In this document: in pieces, positions 44,212 to 52,680 of the stretch
Layout: each line of letters opens with the position of its first letter
Numbering within the stretch: position 1 is the stretch's first letter
Origin: a virus
Lineage: Duplodnaviria; Caudoviricetes
Virus record (IMG/VR): IMGVR_UViG_3300034374_009547
Direction: 5' to 3' (one strand)
DNA: 64,000 bases
Notes under the pieces: model-generated
Database searches by the model: none
Seen by the model: only the letters and a program-made list of their open reading frames with translations
Told to the model about the DNA's origin: nothing
Program-made: the position numbers and the translations under genes

Positions 44212-45549
44212 CATTTCTGGAAACACTTCTTCGTGATTGACTCCACGTCTACGACCTTGTTCTGCAAAAAAGTTGTGAAAGTCTTTACGTCCTTGAATAA
44301 TTTTATCTAATGGATATTCAGTTGTTTCCATATAGTCAACAACACGTCTAAACTTTTCATACTCAATTGTACTAAATGCATCTTTACGATTATCATCTAC
44401 ATTTTCTTTTATAAATTGCAAATGATCACGCATATAACTCATGTAGTTATTAGGCAAAATGTTAATATCATATTGTAACGGCTCTTTAAGATGTGGTGTA
44501 TCAAAACCTAACCGCTGCCATCTGTGTGTTTCTACATCATTATATTTTTTACGCCATTCTAATATTTTTTCTAGTAGTGTGCGAAATGTTGTTACACTGA
44601 AAATGTTGAACGTAATCATTAGTACCATTGGTGCTTGACAATTACGCATAAAATAATCCAAGTTACGTTCAAACACTTCAATGTCTAATCCGTCTCGTAT
44701 GTATTCTGCACGTTTGCCCCAAGTGTCAATACTAGTAAACATTTTAAAGCGTCTAATCTTGTTGTTTGTTAACAAATCATTTACACGGTTTGTAAACTTT
44801 TCTAACTGCTTTGGTTTTCCACCTAAATTGCTGTTGCAATTAAGCTCTAAGTCAGGCTTAGGATCAGCATCAAGCATATCAAACAACCGGTATGTGCTTT
44901 GTTGTATAGTAGGTTCTCCACCAGTAATACGCAGTATGTGCAGTTCTTTACTAAGCTCGGGCCACCATCGCCAAAATGCATCTAAATAAGGATTGTTTTC
45001 TTCTTCAAATATTTGAAACCAATCAATATCACATCTGTGATTTTTTACATTTGTGTACGGGCCATGTTGTTTAATTTCTTGATAGTATCTGCTGCTGGCT
45101 TTAGGATGACAATAACCGCAACGGAAGTTACACTCGTTGCCAAATGATACTTCTAAGTATTCTGGATTTACGTCAAACTCTGCACCGCCTTCTTTTACTG
45201 CTGCTAATCTATGTTTGAAGAAAATAGTTTGGTTACGCTGTTTCCTATCACTAACATAATCTTTGCCAAGTGCTTCAATTTTCCAGCAATAGTTGCAACC
45301 ACTAGGCTGTTCGCCACGCATCATAGCAGCACGTTCTTGTTTCTTTTGTGCTGTGTTGTGTATTGCACTTGGATTTTCTAATAATGGTGCTGTGTCAATT
45401 TTATGGGGAGCAGGATGATAACAACTATGTGTTTCACCTGTTTGAAAATATATGTTGGCATGATACCATTTTGCAAAACAAAACGTTGGTGATATTTCTT
45501 GTGTTATACCATCGATGCGTTTAATTTCTTCGCTTTCGCTACGCTCCAT
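44176..45549 (-). CDS. N-terminal Twitch radical SAM protein
   Basis: FCFAKW..HSCYH..GCNYCW; FGNECNFRCGYC; ITGGEPT; NSN; RRGVNHEEVFPE. Confidence 0.92.
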   Translation of the reverse strand: MERSESEEIKRIDGITQEISPTFCFAKWYHANIYFQTGETHSCYHPAPHKIDTAPLLENPSAIHNTAQKKQERAAMMRGEQPSGCNYCWKIEALGKDYVSDRKQRNQTIFFKHRLAAVKEGGAEFDVNPEYLEVSFGNECNFRCGYCHPKASSRYYQEIKQHGPYTNVKNHRCDIDWFQIFEEENNPYLDAFWRWWPELSKELHILRITGGEPTIQQSTYRLFDMLDADPKPDLELNCNSNLGGKPKQLEKFTNRVNDLLTNNKIRRFKMFTSIDTWGKRAEYIRDGLDIEVFERNLDYFMRNCQAPMVLMITFNIFSVTTFRTLLEKILEWRKKYNDVETHRWQRLGFDTPHLKEPLQYDINILPNNYMSYMRDHLQFIKENVDDNRKDAFSTIEYEKFRRVVDYMETTEYPLDKIIQGRKDFHNFFAEQGRRRGVNHEEVFPEMSDFFELCKKYV

Positions 45550-46475
45550 TATTGCTCTCTATCTAAAAAGTTTTGACCTTTTGATCTATCTGGATTAATA
45601 TATACCGTTTTGAAGAAACGACTTTGATTACCATTTAATGGCTCAGCTGCAATTGGCAAATCAAGTTCTTCAATCAAACTATAACCAAGCGATAATGTAT
45701 TATCTTCCATTTCGTCTTCGTTGAGATCTTTGCTATTCCAATATTCATTTAACCATTCAAAGTCACGTACATTAACAAAATCCCAATCAGTACACATTGT
45801 TTTGTACAATCCTTCACGTGCGCCGTAGATAGCCCAATCGCCGTTTTCTACATCAGCACCAACCATTAACCACACATACAGACGATGTAAATTTTTCCAA
45901 TGATTTAATCTAAAATTTTCTAGTGTTGGACGTATACCTCTGTCCAATGCCATTTTTACACCTTCGCGGAAACCTGCCCGCCACGCTTGTTGGGGTGTAG
46001 CGTTATTATAAATTGTGCTAAATGCACCTTCCATTTGTACATATTCTGTATCCCAACAAAAGTCAACTTGTGCATGTGGATTATCAGGATCTGCATTTTC
46101 GTGTGTACGCATATTTAAAACATGCATTTTAGGCCAACATTTAAGTCCGCCGTTTCCATACATTAATCCATTAATTTTGTTTTTTGCTTTCCAACTAATA
46201 ACTTTGTTACTTAAATCAGCATTAACATCAAAATTAATAACTTGTTGTAAAAACTCATCATTAATTTTATTGTCACCATCGACGGTTATAAATCTATCAG
46301 TTTCGCTTAATTCTGCACATGCTTTATGTGCAGCATCACTACCTTTTACACCGTGAACACGTTTTGCCCACGGAACTTTTCTACATAAATCAGAATAATT
46401 TTCTTCTGCATTAGGTTCATCATAACTTAAATAAATGATATCATAATCAACAACTCTAAAAACATTATCCATCAA
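45549..46475 (-). CDS. GT-A-fold glycosyltransferase-like protein, paralogue of 39965
   Basis: YDIIYLSYDEPN, RVHGVKG, FITVDGD, YGNGGLK, WRAGFRE. Confidence 0.65.
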   Translation of the reverse strand: MMDNVFRVVDYDIIYLSYDEPNAEENYSDLCRKVPWAKRVHGVKGSDAAHKACAELSETDRFITVDGDNKINDEFLQQVINFDVNADLSNKVISWKAKNKINGLMYGNGGLKCWPKMHVLNMRTHENADPDNPHAQVDFCWDTEYVQMEGAFSTIYNNATPQQAWRAGFREGVKMALDRGIRPTLENFRLNHWKNLHRLYVWLMVGADVENGDWAIYGAREGLYKTMCTDWDFVNVRDFEWLNEYWNSKDLNEDEMEDNTLSLGYSLIEELDLPIAAEPLNGNQSRFFKTVYINPDRSKGQNFLDREQ

Positions 46476-47019
46476 CTACCTCATATCCATAAGAATGAAA
46501 CTTTTTAGTAGTATAGATTGAAAATGGGTTATCGTCAAGTTCAAAATCGTATGCAAACGGAATAGTTTTTGTTTCAAATTGTATCATTCTATATAGAATA
46601 TTAGGATCACCTTTTTTTGTTATACTATAAAAGTGTTTACTTGTATCAACAGGTATATTTTTTTCAAGCATTTGTGTTTCAAATTCTTTATCAATCTCTA
46701 ATACCCATTGATAATTTGATTTATCTTGAATAATTTTTATTTGAGGATTTTCGACATTTGTTTCAATTTCAAACAAAAAAGAATTAACATGACTTTCTTC
46801 TTGTAATTGTGTTTGATTTTTTAACACAAACTTTTTTTCTAAAAAATCATATTGTACTTTATGACTTGCAAATGAATATTTTCCTGAAAGTAAATCTTTT
46901 ACGTCATCAATGTTTACTTCTATAGTATTTGAATCTTGCACAATTTTTTTACCAATTGATAAAATATTGCCATCGTTATCAAAAGATATCATTCTAGTTT
47001 TTTTAACTTTTAAGTCCAT
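46465..47019 (-). CDS. Hypothetical protein
   Basis: Coupled ORF within the glycosyltransferase operon; no family recognised. Confidence 0.7.
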   Translation of the reverse strand: MDLKVKKTRMISFDNDGNILSIGKKIVQDSNTIEVNIDDVKDLLSGKYSFASHKVQYDFLEKKFVLKNQTQLQEESHVNSFLFEIETNVENPQIKIIQDKSNYQWVLEIDKEFETQMLEKNIPVDTSKHFYSITKKGDPNILYRMIQFETKTIPFAYDFELDDNPFSIYTTKKFHSYGYEVVDG

Positions 47020-47020
47020 G

Positions 47021-47866
47021 TTAGATTCCTAATAGTTTTTCGTACTTTTTTATAATATCGTCTGTTACAAAATCATCTTCAGTATAATGAAACACACCAC
47101 TTTGACGATAGTTACCAATTGTTAATTTACAATTTTCATCTAAATACACACCTACACGAGATTGCCAGTTGTCTGAAAAATTCTTGTTCCAATTTTGCAC
47201 TTTAGGTTTCATGTGTGTAAAGCTAGGATATTGTGTTTTGCTGTTGGTAATAATATTTTCTACATCCATAATTTTTGCAGCAATAGATGCATTCAAATCC
47301 ATACTGCACCATCTTTGTATTTTTTTACCATTTGCTACTGATTTATAAAATGTCATCCAATTATTATTAATCATTTCTAACCATGTATAAAACTCATGTG
47401 CTAAGTCTGACTTTTTAAAGTAATGTAATCCACAATACAAATTAGGCAAATTATATGTATCCCAACTACGTCTGTAATAATTACTTGTTACTTTATCTCC
47501 TCTGTATGTATAAACATTACTAGTAAAAAATAAATCATAATTGTTTAAAAAATCAAACCAATCGCTCATATCTTCTAATACAAGCATATCAGTATCCATT
47601 ACTATAGTTTCAGTATAAGGAATAGCATGATATATTTTCCATCTATTGCTGATTTTCCAATCTTCATCCGCAGCATGATCTCCCCAAGGTATTTCAACTA
47701 CGTGATCAAAAAGATCTTTGTATTTGTTTGGTACTTGATCATTTGTAATAAGACAGATACTTGCGTTACTATTTGTAGTTTTAATACTCATAGCAGCAAG
47801 ACATGCTTGTTGAACATAATCTGTTGTAGAATTTTGTGCCAACATTGTAAAGTTATTCGTTGTCAA
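47021..47866 (-). CDS. GT8-like glycosyltransferase
   Basis: ICLITN, TIVMDTDML (DxD), NLYCGLHYFKK, FTHMK, VFHY. Confidence 0.6.
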   Translation of the reverse strand: MTTNNFTMLAQNSTTDYVQQACLAAMSIKTTNSNASICLITNDQVPNKYKDLFDHVVEIPWGDHAADEDWKISNRWKIYHAIPYTETIVMDTDMLVLEDMSDWFDFLNNYDLFFTSNVYTYRGDKVTSNYYRRSWDTYNLPNLYCGLHYFKKSDLAHEFYTWLEMINNNWMTFYKSVANGKKIQRWCSMDLNASIAAKIMDVENIITNSKTQYPSFTHMKPKVQNWNKNFSDNWQSRVGVYLDENCKLTIGNYRQSGVFHYTEDDFVTDDIIKKYEKLLGI

Positions 47867-48692
47867 TGATTCTCTCCAAACTAAATTTGTTCATAATATG
47901 CACGTTTGATCCTTTCATCCGCACTCCTGTGTACTCGCCAAACCGATTTGTTTTTTGAACTAATACTTTAATTTCGTCATCTTTAATATCAAGTGCAACA
48001 TCTTTACCAATTGTATAATATTTTTTGCCTGGTAACTTTCCTACAAAATTGCCTGCTTGATATCCGTTCATAATATGTGCTGCAATACTAAATGCAAAAT
48101 CATTTCTAAACACACTACTAGTAAACTGATATACATTTCTATAGTGCCAGTAATTTTCTTCTATGTGTTTAACTAGATCAAAAAATATTTTTGTTTCTTT
48201 GGTTTTTCTAAAAAAGCAAACCGTTGCCCAATAAAAATCTACACTTGTGTCACTGATGTGTTGAAACTCTGGAGTTTTATCATGAATACCTAAATGTGTT
48301 GCATCTTTATACAACATTAGATCTTTGTGTTGTGTAAAACAATTATTCAAAATATCGTTTGATATAATGTAGTCAGTATCCATAATAATTGTTTGATCAT
48401 ATGGAGTTAAATCATATGCAGATGCTCGGTGTTTATTATGAAATGGTAAAACTTGATTATGTAAGTCTCCGTCATAATGTCTACGACTAGAGCTGTTTTG
48501 CTTTAGCATTGCAAAAACAATGTTATCAAAATTTTCTACATATTCGGGATATTTTTCTTTTACTTTTACATCTGTAACTAAAGTTACTGGTAAATCCATA
48601 TATTTTTTTATTCGTTTGGCAAGAAAATTTGCTTGTTTAACATAGTTCATAGACTGGTTATTACTTGCAAATAATAGTACACCTTTTGTCAT
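47853..48692 (-). CDS. GT8-like glycosyltransferase, paralogue of 47021
   Basis: VTLVTD, TPYDQTIIMDTDYII (DxD), ATVCFFRK, RNDFAFS, HIMNK. Confidence 0.6.
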   Translation of the reverse strand: MTKGVLLFASNNQSMNYVKQANFLAKRIKKYMDLPVTLVTDVKVKEKYPEYVENFDNIVFAMLKQNSSSRRHYDGDLHNQVLPFHNKHRASAYDLTPYDQTIIMDTDYIISNDILNNCFTQHKDLMLYKDATHLGIHDKTPEFQHISDTSVDFYWATVCFFRKTKETKIFFDLVKHIEENYWHYRNVYQFTSSVFRNDFAFSIAAHIMNGYQAGNFVGKLPGKKYYTIGKDVALDIKDDEIKVLVQKTNRFGEYTGVRMKGSNVHIMNKFSLERIIDNE

Positions 48693-49036
48693 AGATTCAT
48701 AATACTTTCTACTGATCTATTATTTTTTAGTTCGTTATATCCAAACAAGTATTCATTTGATGCTTCAAAGTATTTTGAATATACTTCAGTATTAAATTTT
48801 TCTAAATCTTCAACAACAATAGGAATATCGTTGTCATCTACTAAAATAGTGGTATCAACATTCATTGCTGTTAAACTTTGGCAAAAACTAATCAAATCAT
48901 GTGTGATAGAAAATTGTCCGCCATTGTAGTAATATACTAAATTTTCTTTATACTTTTCATTTAGTAATCTTTTTTGATTGTTTAATGTAACCATATAGTT
49001 ACTGATATCGAGTGCTTTTTCGAGACGTTCGTCCAT
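48689..49036 (-). CDS. Hypothetical protein (115 aa)
   Basis: AGGAGG SD before ATG 49036; first gene behind the promoter at 49059-49087. Confidence 0.8.
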   Translation of the reverse strand: MDERLEKALDISNYMVTLNNQKRLLNEKYKENLVYYYNGGQFSITHDLISFCQSLTAMNVDTTILVDDNDIPIVVEDLEKFNTEVYSKYFEASNEYLFGYNELKNNRSVESIMNL

Positions 49037-49058
49037 AGAATCCTCCTACTATGGTTAA

Positions 49059-49087
49059 ATTATAACTAATTTTTATGTTGTTGTCAA
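49059..49087 (-). promoter_or_regulatory. Consensus sigma70 promoter TTGACA-N17-TATAAT with leader and AGGAGG SD
   Basis: Forward TGTCAA at 49082-49087 and ATTATA at 49059-49064. Heads the operon 49036 to 44176. Confidence 0.9.
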
Positions 49088-49088
49088 C

Positions 49089-50132
49089 TTATAAATTACT
49101 TACAACGGTGCCTGTAGGTGGTGATTGAGTAATAGCATCATATGTTATGCTATTGTAACTAAAATCACTATCAGGTGTGTATGTATATAAATTGCTTGTA
49201 ATTGATGCTGTTACTGATTCGTCGATTGGATCAATGCCTGATGTACCTGTATCTCCGTCATCAAATTCTATTTCAAAATTTAATTGTGTAGTGCTACTAA
49301 ATGCACCATTTGTCCATGCATAAATTCTTGTATAGTTGTCGTTATAGATAGAACCGCCGCCTTGTTTTTCAAATATCAAAGTTTTACTGGCTTTTGCATC
49401 TGCTATATTAGCACCGCTAAATCCGGTTCCAGTGCCGCCAACTGATTCACTTCTCCATGTTGTATTTGCTATTCTACCAAATCTAATTGTGCCCATGTCT
49501 GTATACATTTGTGCCCAGTTATAATCTTTTGTACCAGCTGTACCAGTAGTACCACCTGTTGCACTTGCGTCAAATCTAATTTCTCCGCCTGCTGCAAGAA
49601 AATACAAAAGAGCATTGTGACTAGAAAAGTTTACAGAAACTTCATGTCGAATAATTTTAACTGCATCACTTGCACCTCCCCAACTGGTGCTTCTAGTAGA
49701 AGATGTACTTGCGGCGCCTGTTGTTAATAAGCCTGCTGTTGTAAAACTTGTTGAACTAAAATCAGTAGTAGCATGATTAAATCCTAAAATAGCAGTACCA
49801 ATAGTGTTAAAATCTGTTATTTCTTGAATATCAACAGGATCTACGCCTTGTTCAAATGCTGTTGGATCAATAGTAGCGTTTACACTTCCAAAAATATGTA
49901 CATGAGCTGCTTGTAAATCTTTCCATAAATCAAAGTATTGTTGTTCAGTTACGGTATCACTTACACCAGGGGTGTTACCACCAACAACTAGTCCACTTGT
50001 AAAATTTCTTCCATAACCACTAGATGTGGTACTTGTTGCAATACTATGATCGGCCCATACACCAAAATTGCCTACTCTTTGAGCAATTGATTGTCTAACA
50101 TTATTGTATTCACTAGCAGCTATTAGTGGCAT
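49089..50132 (-). CDS. Putative virion structural protein
   Basis: Thr/Gly/Ser-rich. Shares IAA..YN, F..AGG.I.F, W....M..I.FG, Y..N...I.A and FEIEF.D.D.GT..DE with 50186. Confidence 0.65.
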   Translation of the reverse strand: MPLIAASEYNNVRQSIAQRVGNFGVWADHSIATSTTSSGYGRNFTSGLVVGGNTPGVSDTVTEQQYFDLWKDLQAAHVHIFGSVNATIDPTAFEQGVDPVDIQEITDFNTIGTAILGFNHATTDFSSTSFTTAGLLTTGAASTSSTRSTSWGGASDAVKIIRHEVSVNFSSHNALLYFLAAGGEIRFDASATGGTTGTAGTKDYNWAQMYTDMGTIRFGRIANTTWRSESVGGTGTGFSGANIADAKASKTLIFEKQGGGSIYNDNYTRIYAWTNGAFSSTTQLNFEIEFDDGDTGTSGIDPIDESVTASITSNLYTYTPDSDFSYNSITYDAITQSPPTGTVVSNL

Positions 50133-50152
50133 AAAATACTCCCTTTTAATCT

Positions 50153-50181
50153 ACTATAATATATAGTTTTCCATTTGTCAA
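50153..50181 (-). promoter_or_regulatory. sigma70 promoter TTGACA-N17-TATAGT with GGGAG SD
   Basis: Forward TGTCAA at 50176-50181 and ACTATA at 50153-50158; ATG at 50132. Confidence 0.75.
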
Positions 50182-50185
50182 GCCT

Positions 50186-51100
50186 TTATAAATCTTGAGT
50201 TTTTTGGAAGTTAGGAGCAGGGTTATTTACATATAATCCGTCTGCATCATATGGTCTATAATGTAGAACTTCACTTACTAGTTCTCCATCTACGTATTCG
50301 TCGCCGCCGCCTGTTCCTACATCAGCGTCACTAAATTCAATCTCAAAATCAATTGTAGAATCATTAGGCGCTTTTGCTCTAATGATATATTCATTTTCTG
50401 TATAATCAGCCGTACCCTGTTTTGTGAATACAACTTGATAACTTGTTGTCAAGTCTTCATTACCAATTGCAGAACCGGTACCACTTCCTGGATTAGTATT
50501 AGTTGTTTCTGTTCTGCCAAAATCAATTCTTTGCATGTTTGTAAGAATTGTTTCCCAGTTTTGGTTTTTCAAAACAATAACAGGATCTGTATTCGAAACA
50601 TCTCTTGCAAAAGTTGCATTAAATTGTATCAATCCGCCTGCATTAAAAAATCCTCTACGTGCATTTGGAGATGTAAACCCTGCGCTAAAACGATGATATA
50701 TACTTTGTGGTAATGCTGTACCACCCCAATTATTTGTGCGAGTGCTGTTTATGCCGGCATTAGTTTGTAACATGGCATCTGGGTCAGCAACAAATCTATT
50801 TGTTTCAAGATCGGTAATCAGTAATTCGTATGCTGCATGTAATGCTTCTGTAATTTCTGCTGTTGTAGTTACTTGTGTAATTGTTGTGGCAAGATCAGGA
50901 GCGTTTTGATGAAAATAAACTTTTTGAAAATCTGTATACAATGCATTCATATGTGATGCTTGTACCGTTTCTCCAATAGGAACAGAACTACTAGACACAA
51001 CGTTATTGTATCCTTTGTCACCTGCTCCTGTACCTAATAATGCTGCTATTTTTCCTTGTAACTGATTGTACCTTGCTGCTGAAATGATTTGGTTAACCAT
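50186..51100 (-). CDS. Putative virion structural protein, paralogue of 49089
   Basis: Same conserved blocks as 49089; AAGGA SD upstream. Confidence 0.65.
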   Translation of the reverse strand: MVNQIISAARYNQLQGKIAALLGTGAGDKGYNNVVSSSSVPIGETVQASHMNALYTDFQKVYFHQNAPDLATTITQVTTTAEITEALHAAYELLITDLETNRFVADPDAMLQTNAGINSTRTNNWGGTALPQSIYHRFSAGFTSPNARRGFFNAGGLIQFNATFARDVSNTDPVIVLKNQNWETILTNMQRIDFGRTETTNTNPGSGTGSAIGNEDLTTSYQVVFTKQGTADYTENEYIIRAKAPNDSTIDFEIEFSDADVGTGGGDEYVDGELVSEVLHYRPYDADGLYVNNPAPNFQKTQDL

Positions 51101-51123
51101 AAAACTATCCTTTTATTTACTTA

Positions 51124-52650
51124 TCATTTAAGCACACACTCTACTAGTTTTTCATCATTGCTATCATTTGATTCAAGCGCCACTCCTACTAGTCCTGTGG
51201 TTGCTGTAGTTGTGCATACGCCCTCTTCCCATGCATAAACGGCTTGACCTTTTTTAACAGGTCCTTTTACACGTACTGGTACACGACCTTTAAGTGCAAT
51301 GTATTGTCCTTCTGCTTCGCTGTTCATCATAAATGCTGGATCAGTGCTTACAACACCAATACACATCGAACTGCTTTTTGCTGGAACAACTTCACAGCAA
51401 TCATCATCACCAACTGCTACTGCTGTTCCTGGTTCTAAATCAGTATCACCTGTAGTATACTTTTCAGCTAGGTCTGCATAACGAGCTTTTGTAGCTGTAC
51501 CATTAAATTCAACTGCTGTAATATCACCTGTGCTGTCTCTCGAAACAATAGATGTTTTATCAGAAGTTCCTGGTACTGCAATACTAGCTGCATATGTTAT
51601 ACCAGAAATAACTAAACCATTTGCTGCATCAGCAGTACCTTTAAATGCTGTAGCATGAATTTGAGCAAACTTTTTAGTTGTACTACCAATGTTGTATAAA
51701 TCATTAGTAACTGGGAATAACCCTGTATTAGAAGCATCAGTATTTTGGACTGCTAAAATTTTTGTTGCTGTTCCTGATGGTCTAGTTGCACCTAAGTATA
51801 GTTTATCACCGGCTGTTGTATTTTTATTCCAAATAATTGGACTTGTACCATCTGTATCAATTTTAACTTCTAAATCATTGCTATCACCTAACGTAAATCC
51901 AGCATCGTTAAAGTTAACAGATTCTGATGTAAGTCTATAATCAGCTGCTGGTCTTCCGCCTAAATTTAATGCATCATTTGCTGTACCCCAGATAATAGGT
52001 TCATTAGTATCACCTGAAACTGGGTTGCCGAGGTTGTTTTGTGTTTGACCGCTAGAACTATTTACTAGTGTAACACCTCTTTTAACAAGAGTAAATCCTG
52101 TTAATGTTGGAACACCTTCTGGCTGTTCTGATTTTAATGTAAATTCAACATTAGATGTAATATATAAAGGAACGTCATTGATTAGAGCAATAATAATATT
52201 TCTTTCAGTGTCAGTGTTATCTAGGACGGTAGCACTTAACATTTGTGTTGTGCCTGTACCTGCTGATTGCGGTCCTACAAGCACAAATTCTCCTGACCCT
52301 GTTTTTCCGTACAATTGGTTGTTTACGGTACTCCACCATAAATCACCTTCATTTAATCCTGCTGGCTCACTTGATGCAACTTCTGCACCGCCTGCATTTT
52401 TCCATGCTGTACCAGTATAAAACTTTAATTTAGTAGTTCCTGCATCATACCAAACTTGCCCTGTAATTTTATTACTAGGTGCAGTTGTTCCTGCAAAACT
52501 TTCTAAAAGATGCACAAAGTTTTCGTTTTGTGCTTCACCATACCCACTATAGTTTTTACCAACTAATTTTAGGTCAGTGCTTTGATCAATTGTACCGTCT
52601 TCAACTACGGTAAGTTGTGTTCCGTTAAATAAATTAACAATATAAGCCAT
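51124..52650 (-). CDS. Tail fibre/baseplate-associated protein with a C-terminal intramolecular-chaperone (peptidase G2-like) domain
   Basis: N-terminal MAY..GKNY.GYGE..NENF.HLLE.F..GQ.WYD module; C-terminal ADLAEKY..GVVSTDP..IALKGRVPV.V.G.V.KG. Confidence 0.7.
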   Translation of the reverse strand: MAYIVNLFNGTQLTVVEDGTIDQSTDLKLVGKNYSGYGEAQNENFVHLLESFAGTTAPSNKITGQVWYDAGTTKLKFYTGTAWKNAGGAEVASSEPAGLNEGDLWWSTVNNQLYGKTGSGEFVLVGPQSAGTGTTQMLSATVLDNTDTERNIIIALINDVPLYITSNVEFTLKSEQPEGVPTLTGFTLVKRGVTLVNSSSGQTQNNLGNPVSGDTNEPIIWGTANDALNLGGRPAADYRLTSESVNFNDAGFTLGDSNDLEVKIDTDGTSPIIWNKNTTAGDKLYLGATRPSGTATKILAVQNTDASNTGLFPVTNDLYNIGSTTKKFAQIHATAFKGTADAANGLVISGITYAASIAVPGTSDKTSIVSRDSTGDITAVEFNGTATKARYADLAEKYTTGDTDLEPGTAVAVGDDDCCEVVPAKSSSMCIGVVSTDPAFMMNSEAEGQYIALKGRVPVRVKGPVKKGQAVYAWEEGVCTTTATTGLVGVALESNDSNDEKLVECVLK

Positions 52651-52666
52651 TTTTGCTCCTCGTCCT

Positions 52667-52680
52667 TATTGTATTTATCG
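52667..52680 (-). promoter_or_regulatory. T4-late-like promoter CGATAAATACAATA (copy 1)
   Basis: Intergenic; followed by AGGA/GAGGAG and ATG 52650; identical 14-mer at 57311-57324. Confidence 0.75.

Larger units (their letters stand above)
4355..48692. other. Phage biosynthetic/modification island (20 radical SAM genes plus tailoring enzymes)
   Basis: Gene-by-gene motif calls above; near-continuous start/stop overlaps. Confidence 0.9.
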
